From NCBI RefSeq assembly GCF_009914755.1, contig NC_060947.1: a stretch of 64,000 bases of DNA, one strand, 5' to 3'. The notes under the pieces were generated by a model. That model saw only the letters and a list, made by a program, of their open reading frames with translations. It did not search any database and was not told where the DNA came from. Shown here in pieces: positions 62,385 through 64,000 of the stretch. Each line of letters opens with the position of its first letter. Positions within the stretch are counted from its first letter, which is position 1. This DNA comes from the human T2T-CHM13v2.0 reference genome, Homo sapiens. A program made the translations under genes and the position numbers.

Positions 62385-62978
62385 ATAGGAATCTATGGGG
62401 ATCTTATTAAAAATATATGTTAAATCATGTCACTTCTCAAACATGCTAATGACATCCCATATTGCCAAAGGCAAAGTGCTTACCATTCTTGTAAGCCCTA
62501 TGTCATCTAGCCCCCATTTACCTTACTTTCCCCATGTTCCCTTTGCTCTAGCCACAAGGCCTTCTTGCTATTCCTCAAACAGGCCACTGAAACTACCATG
62601 TCACTACTTTTGCATTTGCTGGCCTTGCTGTCTAAAACAACCTTCGTCTATATATACATGTGGCTTGACCTTCTACCACTTATTCCCTTTGCTGTTTGCT
62701 CTAGTACTATCTCAGTGAGGCTTTCCCAGACCACCATATCTCAAATTTAAACCCCTGTTCCCATCACATCTTATTGCTATCCCCTACTTCATTTTTACCT
62801 GTAGTAATTGTAATTGTGTTATTTATTGTCTACCTTCTCTCTACAATGTAAACTTCATGAGGGAAGAATTTTTGTCTCTGCTTCATTTGTGTGTTGCCTG
62901 GAAGGATGATTATAATAGAGTAGGCACTCAATTAGGCACTCAATAAATATTTATTGAATGAAATAATAAATGAATGAA
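62385..62978 (+). mobile_element. L2 3' end
   Basis: aatgtaaacttcatgaggg...tagagtaggcactcaataaatatttattgaatgaa. Confidence 0.85.
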
Positions 62979-63599
62979 CATTTTTATGAAGAAAGTACTG
63001 CATCTTCTAACACAAGCTCAAGTCAACAATTTGCTTTTAAGTTGTTAGTGTCAATTTCTAAATCAGAGGACTTTTTTACCCTTTGTTTATTATGTAATCA
63101 CCAGCAAGATTTCAGAGCCATTAACCTGCACTTTGTGACATGCTGCAAAATCTGCTTGAGTCCAAATACAACAACCTTTTAAATCACTTTATTCCTTTTC
63201 TCCTAGCTACTGATGAACTGAACTACTTCTCAGGTAGAAAATCACAGGATTGTTTTAATTGGACTAAGAATATACTCAACGAACCAAAATTAACTCACAT
63301 AATTGGTCTCAGGGTGTTCCTAAAAGTTGTATCTATGTATATATTTGTTGCCATTCTTATTTTACCATATGGCACAAAGCACTTGTATTCAAAAGTTATT
63401 TTAGGCCAAATATTTCAATCTCAATAGATTAAATGTATTTTAAAATTGTGTCAACTCAATTAAAATTAATTAAACTCAGAATTCCTTTAAATAAATAGAC
63501 ACTGAACCCTGGGTAACACATCTCCTTTCAAGAATCATGAATAAAGGGAAACATGAGGCTAACACTGTGTCAAACAATCAGCATAAGTACCATGCCATG

Positions 63600-63630
63600 T
63601 TTTTTATTTTATTATTTTTATTTGATGTAT

Positions 63631-63661
<31 letters not shown>

Positions 63662-63952
63662 TTTTGGAGATGGAGTCTCACTCTGTCACCAGGCTGGAGT
63701 GCAGTGGCATGATCTCAGATGTCTGCAACCTCCGCCTCCTGTGTTCAAGCAATTCTCCTGACTCAGCCTTCTGAGTAGCTGGGACTACAGGCACATACTA
63801 GCATGCCCAGCTAATTTTTTTTTTTGTATTTTTGTAGAGACAGGGTTTCACCATGTTGCCCAGGCTGGTCTTGAACTCCTGAGCCTAGGCAATCTGCCCA
63901 CCTCAGCCTCCCAAAATGCTGGGATTACAGGCATGAGCCACCGCAGCCGGCT
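63600..63952 (-). mobile_element. Alu (AluS) with an (ATTT)n tail
   Basis: ggagatggagtctcactctgtcaccaggctgg...gagccaccgcagccggct. Confidence 0.96.
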
Positions 63953-64000
63953 GGTACCATTTTTAATGCCATATCCACATATGTATCACAAAGGAAGCTT

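Overview
AT-rich, CpG-depleted primate (human-like) non-coding DNA, either intronic or intergenic, and dominated by interspersed repeats. It holds 12 Alus (J, S and Y types, most with visible TSDs), several L1 fragments (L1PA, L1PB, L1MA, L1M), L2 and MIR relics, MaLR solo LTRs (MSTB x2, THE1C, THE1D x2, MLT1), ERV1-class LTRs, an ERVL pol relic and many DNA-transposon relics (HSMAR2, MER2 x2, MER44A, MER75, MER1B, MER20, MER3, MER5, MER53, MER119, Charlie1). I recognise no host protein-coding exon, RNA gene, CRISPR array or prokaryotic system. The ORF-track entries are repeat-derived or look like chance ORFs. The most notable structure is at ~50.3-54.4 kb, where a MER2 is split by an L1PA carrying an apparent ~295-bp 3' transduction, an internal deletion fusing ORF1 in frame to the ORF2 C-terminal region, and a nested piggyBac MER75. 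Also notable are a 5'-inverted L1 at an apparent deletion junction (6.75-10.76 kb), an AluY with two local duplications, and THE1 LTRs retaining DUX4 motifs. Family names come from my recall of consensus sequences, so subfamily calls and boundaries are approximate. I found no evidence of a genuinely new biological system.
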